Virus record (IMG/VR): IMGVR_UViG_3300010149_000008
Direction: 5' to 3' (one strand)
DNA: 64,000 bases
Source: a virus
Lineage: Duplodnaviria; Caudoviricetes
The translations under genes and the position numbers were made by a program. A model generated the notes under the pieces. The model did no database searches and was not told where the DNA came from. It saw only the letters and a program-made list of their open reading frames with translations. Below are positions 48,524-58,294 of this stretch, piece after piece (the stretch's first letter is position 1; each line of letters starts with the position of its first letter).

Positions 48524-49128
48524 TGTATAAACAAAGAGACGTAGAAAAGCTATGGTCAAAGTATGAAGGACTTTTACATAAGCTTCAAGACCCTAGCATA
48601 AACAGCCTTTTAGAAAAACAAGGGCAGAGAATTATAATGGGAACATTTTCTCAAAGAGAAAAAGAGCAATTCTGTGGAATTGGAGGTTTAGTTGAATATG
48701 CCCTAGAGTTAGTAAAAACAAGTAGTCTTATCACGAAAGCATTAAATTATGACATAAACAAAGGATCACTTATTAAGTGCTCACTACTTTCAGTTTTAGG
48801 TAGAGTAGGAACTCCAGAGATTGATAGGTTTATAGATACTACTTCGGAGTGGCATAAAGAAAAGTTAGGACAATATTTCGATTGGAATGAACAATGTCCA
48901 AAGTATCAAGTAAATGATATGTCTCTTTATTGGCTGCAAAAATTTAATATCTCACTTACATGGGACGAGTGGAATGCAATATTATTACTTAGAGAAAACT
49001 CTTCAGAAGTTAGTAAGTTTTATGGTTCACATAAGTCAAGGTTAGCAACAGTACTTTGTTTATCAAGTGAAGCTGTACTTAAAGATGAATTAGATAAAAT
49101 TGCTGGAACTTATACTGTACCTTTTTAA
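48523..49128 (+). CDS. HD-domain-like protein with degenerate metal ligands
   Basis: GGLVEYALEL and LLSVLGRVG align by eye to the GG(L/Y)xxH and HDLGKxG motifs of YhaM-type HD proteins, but His and Asp are replaced. Confidence 0.55.
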   Translation: MYKQRDVEKLWSKYEGLLHKLQDPSINSLLEKQGQRIIMGTFSQREKEQFCGIGGLVEYALELVKTSSLITKALNYDINKGSLIKCSLLSVLGRVGTPEIDRFIDTTSEWHKEKLGQYFDWNEQCPKYQVNDMSLYWLQKFNISLTWDEWNAILLLRENSSEVSKFYGSHKSRLATVLCLSSEAVLKDELDKIAGTYTVPF

Positions 49129-49155
49129 TATATATGATAAACAAAAGGAACAACA

Positions 49156-49476
49156 ATGAACAGCGATTTATATTATCTTGTTTTAGAGGCTCTTTTAGAT
49201 GAAGCTGAAATTAATGAGTTTAGTGGTGTAGGTGCAATTGGTGTCGTTGCGACACCTTTAGGCACAGGTCCTACAGGAAAAGTTAAGTACAGAAGTGGCA
49301 AAAGTAAAAGTGACTCAGACTATAAGAAAAAAACAAGATCTAAAAAGTCTAAAACAAAATCACCTTCTTTCTATCTAAAAAATGGACCGGCAAAAAAAAG
49401 GTTGCAAGAGCAAAAAGCAATTGAAATGGAAACATTATTGCATAATGCTGTTGAATTAGTTCTAAGTAGTTATTGA
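49156..49476 (+). CDS. Small basic hypothetical protein, possibly virion-associated
   Basis: LLDEAEINEFSGVGAIG; Lys-rich; SD aagga. Confidence 0.55.
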   Translation: MNSDLYYLVLEALLDEAEINEFSGVGAIGVVATPLGTGPTGKVKYRSGKSKSDSDYKKKTRSKKSKTKSPSFYLKNGPAKKRLQEQKAIEMETLLHNAVELVLSSY

Positions 49477-49505
49477 AATTAAAAAAAACAAAATTAAAAT
49501 TTAAC

Positions 49506-49534
49506 GTGTAAATTTAAAACAATCATTATATAAT
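49506..49534 (+). promoter_or_regulatory. Sigma70-like early promoter
   Basis: GTGTAA-N17-TATAAT upstream of the SSB gene. Confidence 0.75.
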
Positions 49535-49608
49535 TCATCATGATTGGTTCAAACAAATAAAATTAATTATTACCAATTAAAAATTAAACAATTAGGAAGG
49601 TATTATTT

Positions 49609-50418
49609 ATGGCTATCGATTTAGCAGCAATCCGCAAGAAACTTAATCAAATTAGTGGACAAAACTCTCGTAAAAACGTTATGTGGCGACCAGAAGAAGG
49701 CTCTGAGACAACAGTTCGACTTATTGCTTATCCAGACAATGATGGGCAACCTTTTAAGGAGCTTATGTTTTACTACAACATTGGAAACAATCCTGGCTTG
49801 TTGTCCCCGTATCAATTTGGAAAAGCAGACCCTATTCAAGAGCTTATTACTAAGCTTAGAGATGAAGGATCTAAAGAGTCTTATGAGTTAGCAAAGAAGC
49901 TATATCCAAAAATGCGATGTTACGCTCCAGTTATTGTTAGAGGTGAAGAAGATAAAGGTGTTAGACTTTGGGCATTTGGAAAGCAAGTTTATCAAACATT
50001 ATTAAACTATATGTTAGATGAAGACTACGGTGACATTACAGATCCTACTGAAGGTCGTGACGTACGTATTACTTGTACTAAAACTCCAGGAAAGATGTGG
50101 GCTACAACAGATGTTCGACCAAGAGGGAAAGATACACCACTTAGCGAAGATAGTAGTAAAGCAAAGAAATGGTTAGATAATATTCCCGATGTAAATGATA
50201 TGTTTGAACTCAAGTCTTACGAAGAGTTAGAAAGAATTATTAACGAGTGGCTCAGCGGAGACGAAGAAGACAGTAAACAAACAGAGACAACACGCGGCGG
50301 TTCTTCTAACAGCTTCAATAGTACGACTAGCTCAATATCTAATGATGACTCACCAGACGCAATTAACAGCAAATATAATTCACTTGATGACGCATTTGCT
50401 GACCTTGAAAGCCTTTAA
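49609..50418 (+). CDS. Single-stranded DNA-binding protein, gp32-like
   Basis: MAIDLAAIRKKLNQ, VRLIAYP, DPIQEL, EDKGVRLWAFGKQVY, YGDITDPTEGRDV, acidic tail DDAFADLESL. Confidence 0.85.
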   Translation: MAIDLAAIRKKLNQISGQNSRKNVMWRPEEGSETTVRLIAYPDNDGQPFKELMFYYNIGNNPGLLSPYQFGKADPIQELITKLRDEGSKESYELAKKLYPKMRCYAPVIVRGEEDKGVRLWAFGKQVYQTLLNYMLDEDYGDITDPTEGRDVRITCTKTPGKMWATTDVRPRGKDTPLSEDSSKAKKWLDNIPDVNDMFELKSYEELERIINEWLSGDEEDSKQTETTRGGSSNSFNSTTSSISNDDSPDAINSKYNSLDDAFADLESL

Positions 50419-50436
50419 TCAGAGAGAATTAAATAA

Positions 50437-51636
50437 ATGGCAAAAAAGAAACCTAAAGAACCATTAGACGACTTTACGTCAGATCTAATTAAATCATTAA
50501 ATAAAGAAAGAGGTTCTCGAGTTGCTTATAATCTTAGCACAGATGAGTCTCCTACACATGTTAATAGATGGATTAGTACAGGATCTAAGCAATTAGACTA
50601 TATTATTGCAAATCAAAGAGATGGAGGTTTACCTGAGGGTAGGATTGTAGAAATATTTGGTCCTCCTAGTATAGGTAAATCTCATATTGCAACGCAAATT
50701 GCAAAGTCTACACAGAAAATGGGAGGAATTGTTGTATACATTGATACAGAAAACGCAACTTCAGTTGAAAATCTTAGGTTGCTTGGTGTAGATATTACAA
50801 AGAGATTTGTATATGTTGACACCCATTGTACAGAAGAAGTATTATCTATTGCAGAGTCTACAATTATTAAGGCAAAAGCAATGAACAAAGATGTGCCTGT
50901 AACAATTATATGGGATTCAGTTGCAGCAACTTCACCAAAAGCAGAATTATCAGGAGATTATGATCAAAACTCTATAGGTCTACAAGCTCGAGCGATTTCT
51001 AAAGGTATGCGAAAAATTACAGGTGTTATTGCTAACGAAAAAGTTCTTATGGTTTGTTTAAATCAGATTAGAACTAAAGTAGGCGTTTTATATGGTGATC
51101 CTACAACAACACCCGGCGGAATGGCAATACCTTTTCACAGTTCAGTACGTATTAAGCTAGGAGCAGGCTCTCAAATTCTAAATAAAGAGAAAGAGCCAAT
51201 TGGTATAAACGTGTCTGCAAAGACAATTAAAAACAAAGTATCAGCACCTTTTAGGAAGTGTGACTTTGAGATCCACTTTGGCAAAGGCATTAGAGAGCAT
51301 GAACAAGTTTTTGATTTGTTGAGAAAGAATGGACCAGAAGAAATTAATAATTACCACATTGAAGTTTCTGGAAACGGTGCATGGAAAAATCTTCTTGTTT
51401 CGACGTTAGACTCAGGCGAAGTAATTGTTGATAAGAAGTTTTATAAAGCTGAGTTTGATCAAATTATGAAGCATCCAGAGTTTGGACAATATGTCGATAT
51501 GCTATTAGAAAAAGCAATGATTAGAAAAAACGAAGTAGATGATCCAGACATTGATCCAGAAAGTTATACAGAAATACAAGAAGTTGCTCGACAAGTTATG
51601 GATGTACACTCAGACGCATTTGAAGCACTAAAGTAA
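50437..51636 (+). CDS. recA: RecA/UvsX recombinase
   Basis: GRIVEIFGPPSIGKS (Walker A), VYIDTENA, IIWDSVAAT, LNQIRTKVG, TPGGMAIPFHSSVRIKL. Confidence 0.96.
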   Translation: MAKKKPKEPLDDFTSDLIKSLNKERGSRVAYNLSTDESPTHVNRWISTGSKQLDYIIANQRDGGLPEGRIVEIFGPPSIGKSHIATQIAKSTQKMGGIVVYIDTENATSVENLRLLGVDITKRFVYVDTHCTEEVLSIAESTIIKAKAMNKDVPVTIIWDSVAATSPKAELSGDYDQNSIGLQARAISKGMRKITGVIANEKVLMVCLNQIRTKVGVLYGDPTTTPGGMAIPFHSSVRIKLGAGSQILNKEKEPIGINVSAKTIKNKVSAPFRKCDFEIHFGKGIREHEQVFDLLRKNGPEEINNYHIEVSGNGAWKNLLVSTLDSGEVIVDKKFYKAEFDQIMKHPEFGQYVDMLLEKAMIRKNEVDDPDIDPESYTEIQEVARQVMDVHSDAFEALK

Positions 51637-51637
51637 T

Positions 51638-52606
51638 ATGAACAATAAGCCTGATATTTATATTGATGGCTTAAACGTTTTTATGAGACACTTTGCCGCC
51701 AATCCAGCTAAGTCTTTAAACGGACAGTTGTGTGGCGGCATTTTTGGTATGTTAAGAAATATTCAGCATCTCACGGAAAAGTTTAAGCCTTCTAATGTTT
51801 TTGTTGTATGGGAAGGCGGAGGCTCTCCTAGAAGAAGAAATATTGACCCTAACTATAAACAAGGTCGTAGACCAATTAGACTTAATAGAAGTGAGTTTCA
51901 TGAAGACATACCTGATACTCAAGAAAATAGAGATTGGCAACTTAAAACTTTAGTTAATATTCTTTATAAGACGCCTGTTACACAAGTTTACGTATCAGAT
52001 TGTGAAGCAGATGATGTAATAGCTTATTTGACGTCGACCAAGTCATCGACTAAAGAAAAAATAATTGTAACTTCTGACAAAGATTACTATCAGCTAATAA
52101 GTAATAGTGTTAAAATATGGAGTCCTAATAAAAAGATTTTGATTGATGAAGACTATGTACTTGAAAAGTGGGGTGTAATGCCTAAGAATTTTTGTGCTAC
52201 AAGATGTTTTAGTGGAGATCAGAGTGACGGTATTAAAGGTGTTAAAGGCGCCGGATTTAAAGTAATGACCAAGAGGTTTCCAGTTTTAGGTACGTGCAAA
52301 GATATATCCGTGAATGATATAATAAAAGAGGCCGGCAAAGAAGTAAAAAACGGCAGCAAGCTTAAGCTGTTTAAGAACATTGTAGATGCTTCAAATGACA
52401 TCAATAAAAACTGGAAGCTTATGTATTTAGATTCTATGATGTTAAGTGCTGATCAAATTAAAAAGATCAATTATCAAATTGAAAACAAAGAAAACAGAAT
52501 AAATAAGTTTGATTTGCTTAAGACTTTAAATAAGCAAGGTCTAAATGCTTTTGACATACACACCTTTCTGTTAACAATAAAATCTAGTTTAAGGACACAA
52601 ACATAA
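51638..52606 (+). CDS. 5'-3' exonuclease/flap endonuclease (T4 RNase H-like)
   Basis: IDGLNVF, VVWEGG, YKQGR, CEADDVIAY, IVTSDKDYYQL, GDQSDGIKGVKGAG. Confidence 0.92.
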   Translation: MNNKPDIYIDGLNVFMRHFAANPAKSLNGQLCGGIFGMLRNIQHLTEKFKPSNVFVVWEGGGSPRRRNIDPNYKQGRRPIRLNRSEFHEDIPDTQENRDWQLKTLVNILYKTPVTQVYVSDCEADDVIAYLTSTKSSTKEKIIVTSDKDYYQLISNSVKIWSPNKKILIDEDYVLEKWGVMPKNFCATRCFSGDQSDGIKGVKGAGFKVMTKRFPVLGTCKDISVNDIIKEAGKEVKNGSKLKLFKNIVDASNDINKNWKLMYLDSMMLSADQIKKINYQIENKENRINKFDLLKTLNKQGLNAFDIHTFLLTIKSSLRTQT

Positions 52607-52607
52607 T

Positions 52608-53984
52608 ATGAGCTTAGAAAAAAACTTTTCAAAATTCGGCAAACCTTTTCAAGAAAAAGTATTTCAAGGAATGCTAACAGACCCCATGTGGTCAGGACAA
52701 ATGGTAGAAGTAGTCAGTCCAGACTATTTTGACTTGAAATATCTTAGCTTCTTATGCGACAAGTATTTTTCTTATTACAAGAAGTATAAAACTTTTCCAA
52801 CACTTACAATTTTAATTACAATTATTAAAGAAGATTTATCAAAATCTAAAGATTCAATACTAAGAGATCAAATAATAGAGTATCTTCATCGTATGAAAAC
52901 AAATCCTGACATTGGTGATCTACAATATGTAAAAGATAAGTCACTAGAGTTTTGCAAGAGACAGGCATTTAAAGAAGCGCTAGAACAAAGTGTTGATCTA
53001 ATTCAAACTGAAAAATATGAGTCTGTTATTAATATAATGAAAGAAGCAATTTCTGTTGGTATGCCTAATACCGCCGGGCACAATTTCTTTGACGATATTG
53101 AAGCACGTTTTGTCCAAATTAATAGGCAAGTTTGTCCAACAGGATTGACTAGAATTGATGCACAAGACATTTTAAGAGGTGGTTTAGGCAGAGGAGAGCT
53201 AGGAGTAATTGCAGCAAATACAGGAGTTGGTAAATCACACTTCTTAGTAGCAATGGGATGTGCTGCAATGTTAGCGGGTAAAAATGTAATCCATTATACA
53301 TTTGAGCTATCAGAGCATGAAACTGGAAAGAGATATGACTCAAATCTTTGTGACATACCTTCAAATGAAGTTATTGAAAGAAAGCGAGAAGTAGTTGGAA
53401 AATATGAAAAAATGGAACTAGGCAAATTAATAATTAAAGAGTATGCTACAGGCTCTGCTTCTGTCATGACTTTAAGAAATCATATAGAAAAATTAACGCT
53501 AAAAGGTTTTAAACCTAGCTTAGTAACAGTTGACTATGCTGATGTTATGAAAAGTTCTAGAGCTTATGACTCTTTAAGACATGAATTAAAACTTATATAT
53601 ACAGAATTAAGAAATCTTGCTGTAGAGCTTAACATACCGATATGGACAGCTTCACAAGCAAACAAAGATTCTTCAAAGTCTGATATTGTTGGTCTAGAAA
53701 ACTTAGGAGAGTCATATGGTAAGGCACAAGTAGCTGATGTTGTGTTGTCCATAAGCAGAAAGCCTATGGAAAAAAGCGAAGGTACTGGTAGAATATTTGT
53801 AGCAAAAAACAGAGCGGGAAGAGATGGTCTTCTATTCCCTATAAATATTGACACAGCAAAGTCTAAGTTTAAAATTTTGGATGAAAGTGAACTGACGCTT
53901 AATGAAGCTGTTACTCAAGACAATAGTGACATGAAAAACAAATTAAGAGAAAAGTGGAAAGAGGTAAACAAAAAAGATGATTAG
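52608..53984 (+). CDS. Replicative DnaB-like helicase (T4 gp41-like)
   Basis: GELGVIAANTGVGKS, YTFELSE, VTVDYAD, IWTASQAN, AQVADVVL, AKNRAGRDG. Confidence 0.93.
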   Translation: MSLEKNFSKFGKPFQEKVFQGMLTDPMWSGQMVEVVSPDYFDLKYLSFLCDKYFSYYKKYKTFPTLTILITIIKEDLSKSKDSILRDQIIEYLHRMKTNPDIGDLQYVKDKSLEFCKRQAFKEALEQSVDLIQTEKYESVINIMKEAISVGMPNTAGHNFFDDIEARFVQINRQVCPTGLTRIDAQDILRGGLGRGELGVIAANTGVGKSHFLVAMGCAAMLAGKNVIHYTFELSEHETGKRYDSNLCDIPSNEVIERKREVVGKYEKMELGKLIIKEYATGSASVMTLRNHIEKLTLKGFKPSLVTVDYADVMKSSRAYDSLRHELKLIYTELRNLAVELNIPIWTASQANKDSSKSDIVGLENLGESYGKAQVADVVLSISRKPMEKSEGTGRIFVAKNRAGRDGLLFPINIDTAKSKFKILDESELTLNEAVTQDNSDMKNKLREKWKEVNKKDD

Positions 53985-54489
53985 TATTTTTCTTAGTGAC
54001 GAGTTAAAAGATGTTTTAAAAGAAAACAACATTAGTGTACATAATTATATTCCTGCATATAATGGTGAAAGTGCAGGTCTAGATTTGTTTAATTGTAATA
54101 AAGATATTTCGTTAATACCTACGCAGTATAAAAATGTTACAAATGAAAAACACTACACACAGCATAAATTTAAGACGTTAATATCAACAGGTTTAAGATT
54201 GATTGTTCCTAAGGGATATGTTGCACTAGTTCAAGAACGCGGTTCTATTACAAAAACTCCTCTTAAGGTTAGAGCAGGCGTTATAGATAGCGGTTATACA
54301 GGCGAAATATTTGTTAATTGTATTAACATTGGTTCGAAACCTTTTAACTTAAAAAAAGGGCAGAAGTTACCTTTTCAAATTGTAGTAGTTAAATGTGACA
54401 ACAATTTTAGAGTAATAGATGAAAAAGAATATTTAACATTATCATCAGCTTCTCAAAGAAAAGAAGGAATGGTGGGAAGTTCAGACTAA
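53977..54489 (+). CDS. dut: Trimeric dUTPase
   Basis: SAGLDL, STGL, ERGS, GVIDSGYTGEI, RKEGMVGSS (motifs 1-5). Confidence 0.88.
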   Translation: MISIFLSDELKDVLKENNISVHNYIPAYNGESAGLDLFNCNKDISLIPTQYKNVTNEKHYTQHKFKTLISTGLRLIVPKGYVALVQERGSITKTPLKVRAGVIDSGYTGEIFVNCINIGSKPFNLKKGQKLPFQIVVVKCDNNFRVIDEKEYLTLSSASQRKEGMVGSSD

Positions 54490-54501
54490 AAAGGAATTTA
54501 A

Positions 54502-56289
54502 ATGAAAAAACAATGCTATGGTATTACTATAGATTTAAAAAAAGATGATAAATTAAGTGACTTTGCTAAAAATCTTTTAAAAGATTACTATATGAGTGAA
54601 GATGAGAAATCACCTCAAGAAAGCTTCGCAAGAGCAGCAACAGCATTTTCAGAAGATAAAAAATTAGCGCAAAGAATATATGATTATGCAGCAAGTGGTT
54701 GGTTTGTTTTTAGTTCACCTATTTTGTCAAATGCACCAAAACCAAATCAAAAGTCTAGAGGCATGCCTATATCTTGTTTTTTAACTTATGTAGATGATTC
54801 GCTTGAAGGATTAGTTTCTCATACAGAAGAGTTAAGGTGGATGTCAGTAAAAGGAGGCGGTGTTGGAGGTCACTGGAGTGATATTAGATCAAATAGTGAT
54901 ATATCACCTGGCCCTATTCCTTTCTTAAAAACAGTAGACAGTGATATGACAGCATATCGTCAAGGAAAAACTAGAAAAGGAAGCTATGCAGCTTACATGG
55001 ACATTAGTCATCCTGATATATTAGAATTTTTAAACCTTAGAGTTCCTACTGGAGGAGATGTTAATAGAAAATGCTTTAATCTAAATAACGCTGTAAATGT
55101 TACAGATGAGTTTATGGAAGCAGTATTAAATGGTGACAATTGGGATCTTAAAGATCCTAATGACAGTTCTGTAAGAGAACAAATTGACGCTAGAAAGCTC
55201 TGGCAAAGAATAATTCAAGTTAGATTTAGAACAGGAGAGCCTTATGTTAACTTTATAGATGAAGCTAACAGACATTTACCAAAGTTTCAAAAAGACCTAG
55301 GTTTAAAAATTCATGGAAGTAACCTTTGCAATGAAATACATTTAGCAACTTCTAGTGAAAGAAGTGCTGTTTGTTGCTTAAGCTCTCTTAATATTGAAAA
55401 ATATGATGAATGGAAAAACACGAGTATTGTTGCTGATCTTATAGAGTATTTAGACAACGTAATTTCTTATTTTGTTAATAACTCTCCTAAAACTTTGTCT
55501 CGAGCAATAAAGTCTGCTAGAGCTGAAAGAAGTCTAGGCTTAGGCGCTATGGGATTTCATGCTTACTTGCAATCAAAAAACATACCATTTGAATCCAGTA
55601 TTGCTGTTGCTGCAAACAAAGGAATATTTATGGATATCAAAGAAAAGGCAAAACAACAAACACATAAGTTGGCAAAAGTTAAAGGTGAGTGTCCAGATGG
55701 TAAGGGATACGGTGTAAGAAACTCTCATCTTCTTGCAATAGCACCTAACGCAAACTCTTCAATTATAGCAGGAACATCTCCTTCTATAGAACCTTGGAAG
55801 TCAAATGCATATACACATAGAACAAGAGTTGGTTCTTACTTAGTTAAAAATCCACACTTAGAAAAAGTTTTAAAAAGTTACTGGTCTAAAGATTTCTATA
55901 GTATAGATTATAATGAGTGGCTAAGTAAACAATGGAAGTCCATAATTCTATCAGAAGGTTCTGTTCAACATTTAGATTACATGTCAGACTGGCATAAGGA
56001 AGTATACAAAACAGCTTTTGAGCTCGATCAACGGTGGATAGTAGATCATGCAGGTGACAGACAACAATTTATATGTCAAGGACAGAGTGTTAATTTGTTT
56101 TTTCCAGCAGGCACTGAAAAGTCTGTTGTCAATGCAGTTCATATTCGAGCCTGGAAAAAGAAGTTAAAAGGGCTGTATTATCTTAGAACAAATGCAGGAG
56201 CATCAGCTGAAAAGGTTAGTCAAAAAGTAGAGCAAAACAAGCTTCAAGATTTTGCTGATCCTGATGATTGTTTGAGTTGTCAAGGATAA
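54502..56289 (+). CDS. nrdA: Ribonucleotide reductase class Ia alpha subunit
   Basis: SSPILSN, ISCF, GGGVG, GSNLCNEI, CCLSS, LGLGAMG, IAPNANSS, LYYLR, C-terminal CLSCQG. Confidence 0.97.
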   Translation: MKKQCYGITIDLKKDDKLSDFAKNLLKDYYMSEDEKSPQESFARAATAFSEDKKLAQRIYDYAASGWFVFSSPILSNAPKPNQKSRGMPISCFLTYVDDSLEGLVSHTEELRWMSVKGGGVGGHWSDIRSNSDISPGPIPFLKTVDSDMTAYRQGKTRKGSYAAYMDISHPDILEFLNLRVPTGGDVNRKCFNLNNAVNVTDEFMEAVLNGDNWDLKDPNDSSVREQIDARKLWQRIIQVRFRTGEPYVNFIDEANRHLPKFQKDLGLKIHGSNLCNEIHLATSSERSAVCCLSSLNIEKYDEWKNTSIVADLIEYLDNVISYFVNNSPKTLSRAIKSARAERSLGLGAMGFHAYLQSKNIPFESSIAVAANKGIFMDIKEKAKQQTHKLAKVKGECPDGKGYGVRNSHLLAIAPNANSSIIAGTSPSIEPWKSNAYTHRTRVGSYLVKNPHLEKVLKSYWSKDFYSIDYNEWLSKQWKSIILSEGSVQHLDYMSDWHKEVYKTAFELDQRWIVDHAGDRQQFICQGQSVNLFFPAGTEKSVVNAVHIRAWKKKLKGLYYLRTNAGASAEKVSQKVEQNKLQDFADPDDCLSCQG

Positions 56290-56325
56290 TTTATATTATA
56301 CGAATATTTTACAAAGGTTAAAGAC

Positions 56326-57294
56326 ATGTCATTATTAAAATATAATACAACATACAAGCCCTTTAAGTATCCTTGGGCCATGGAGATTGCTGAGTCACAT
56401 GAGAAGATACATTGGGGTAGCTGGGAAGCTAAGCTAGCAGAAGACGTAAATCAGTGGAAAGGTGGTAAAATTTCTTCTATAGAAAAAAACCATATTACAC
56501 AAATCCTTAGACTGTTTACACAAAGTGATGTTCAAGTAGGCGGAAACTATTGTGATTTGTTTATTCCTAAGTTTAAGAATAATGAAATTAGGAGTATGCT
56601 ATTAAGCTTTGCAAATCGTGAAGGCACACATCAACGTAGTTACGCTCTGCTCAATGATACGTTAGGTTTACCTGAAGAAGAGTACAGTGCTTTCTTAGAG
56701 TATAAAGAGATGAGTGACAAGATAGAGTTTATGCAGCAGAATGATGTGTCTACTCGAAAAGGTTTAGGATTAGCATTAGCACAATCAGCATGCAATGAAG
56801 GAATGAGTCTTTTCTCTGCTTTTGTCATGCTTCTTAATTATCAGCGATATGGTAAGATGAAAGGAATGTGTGAGATTGTTGAATGGTCTATTCGAGACGA
56901 AACAATGCATGTTCAAGGAATGACTAGATTATTTAGAGAATATGTTGCTGAACATCCTCGAGTTGTAAATGATGACTTTAAAAAATCAATTTACAAAATG
57001 TACCGAGAAGCTGTTAAGCTTGAAGATAAAGTTATTGACTTAGCGTATGAAATGGGTGCAATTGAAGGTTTAGATAAAGATGAGGTAAAAATATACATTA
57101 GATATCTAGCTGATAGAAGGCTTATTCAGCTAGGATTGAAGCCTAATTTTAAAGTAAAGACAAATCCTTTAGACTGGCTTGACTGGATTATTAACGGCGA
57201 CAGCTTTAAGAATTTTTTCGAAGGGACTGTAACTGATTATAACGCTGACGGTATGGGCGGGTCAGATTGGGGTTGGGAAATAATTGGAGGATAA
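56326..57294 (+). CDS. nrdB: Ribonucleotide reductase class Ia beta subunit
   Basis: FTQSDVQVG, EGTHQRSY, EGMSLFSAF, WSIRDETMH, NFFE. Confidence 0.96.
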   Translation: MSLLKYNTTYKPFKYPWAMEIAESHEKIHWGSWEAKLAEDVNQWKGGKISSIEKNHITQILRLFTQSDVQVGGNYCDLFIPKFKNNEIRSMLLSFANREGTHQRSYALLNDTLGLPEEEYSAFLEYKEMSDKIEFMQQNDVSTRKGLGLALAQSACNEGMSLFSAFVMLLNYQRYGKMKGMCEIVEWSIRDETMHVQGMTRLFREYVAEHPRVVNDDFKKSIYKMYREAVKLEDKVIDLAYEMGAIEGLDKDEVKIYIRYLADRRLIQLGLKPNFKVKTNPLDWLDWIINGDSFKNFFEGTVTDYNADGMGGSDWGWEIIGG

Positions 57295-57538
57295 AATGAA
57301 TAAAGAAATATTGTTTTTTAGCTCACCTTGGTGTGGGCCATGTAGACAAATAAAATCAATGTTAAGCAAAGAAATTATTAGCGAGCTCGGCATAAGAATT
57401 GTTGATATAGCTGATGACATGGAGACAGCTACAGCTCATGAAGTAATGAACGTTCCTACTTTTGTTAAAATCGTAGAAGGTGTTGAAGTTGCTCGAGTAA
57501 TAGGAATGACAACTATTGATACACTAAGAAAGTTGTAA
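57284..57538 (+). CDS. Thioredoxin
   Basis: FSSPWCGPC, VMNVPTFV. Confidence 0.92.
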   Translation: MEDKMNKEILFFSSPWCGPCRQIKSMLSKEIISELGIRIVDIADDMETATAHEVMNVPTFVKIVEGVEVARVIGMTTIDTLRKL

Positions 57539-57561
57539 ATAATAGATAATAGTAATATAAT
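57533..57561 (+). promoter_or_regulatory. Sigma70-like early promoter
   Basis: TTGTAA-N17-TATAAT; the -35 box is the last two codons of the thioredoxin gene. Confidence 0.75.
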
Positions 57562-57592
57562 ATAACTTATATTTAAGGAGGGAATTAAATAT

Positions 57593-58195
57593 ATGAATTT
57601 TCTAACAGAAATATCACCATTAATAAAAACAATTGAGTTAAAGCAAGAACCTATAATTATTGTTGTCAATGAGTTTAATGAAGAAGCAGCGACAGAGTTT
57701 TCTACAGCTATGAGCTTAGCACAAAATACTGGACAAAAAGTTGTGCCTGTTGTAATTGATTCTTACGGCGGACAAGTTTATTCACTTATGTCAATGATTT
57801 CTTCAATAAAATCTTCAACTATTCCTGTTGCTACTATTGTGCAAGGCAAAGCAATGAGTTGTGGTGCAATATTATCTTCTTTTGGCTCTGATGGTCTTAG
57901 GTTTATGGATAAAGATGCCACAATGATGATACACGACGTATCAGGATACGCTTTTGGAAAAGTAGAAGAATTAAAGGCAGATGCTAGGGAGTCAGAAAGA
58001 TTAAATAAAAAGGTTTATAAAATGATGGCTAGAAATTGTGAAAAGCCTGATGAATATTTTTCAAACTTAATTCATGATAAAGGTCATGCAGATTGGTTTT
58101 TAGATGCAGAAGAAGCGAAAGAACATAATATTATTAATCAAATTAGAGTTCCACATTTAAAAGCTTCTGTTGTTGTTGAAATAGATATGGAATAA
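57593..58195 (+). CDS. clpP: ClpP-family serine protease
   Basis: IDSYGGQV, GKAMSCGA (Ser), MIHDV (His), DWFLDAEEAKEHNII (Asp). Confidence 0.9.
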   Translation: MNFLTEISPLIKTIELKQEPIIIVVNEFNEEAATEFSTAMSLAQNTGQKVVPVVIDSYGGQVYSLMSMISSIKSSTIPVATIVQGKAMSCGAILSSFGSDGLRFMDKDATMMIHDVSGYAFGKVEELKADARESERLNKKVYKMMARNCEKPDEYFSNLIHDKGHADWFLDAEEAKEHNIINQIRVPHLKASVVVEIDME

Positions 58196-58294
58196 AGTAA
58201 TATATAATATAAATTAATTTTAAGACCATGACAAAAAGTCCAGATCAACATGGCATTATAAAGAAAGTTTTCTTTATACTAAAAGGAATATAAA

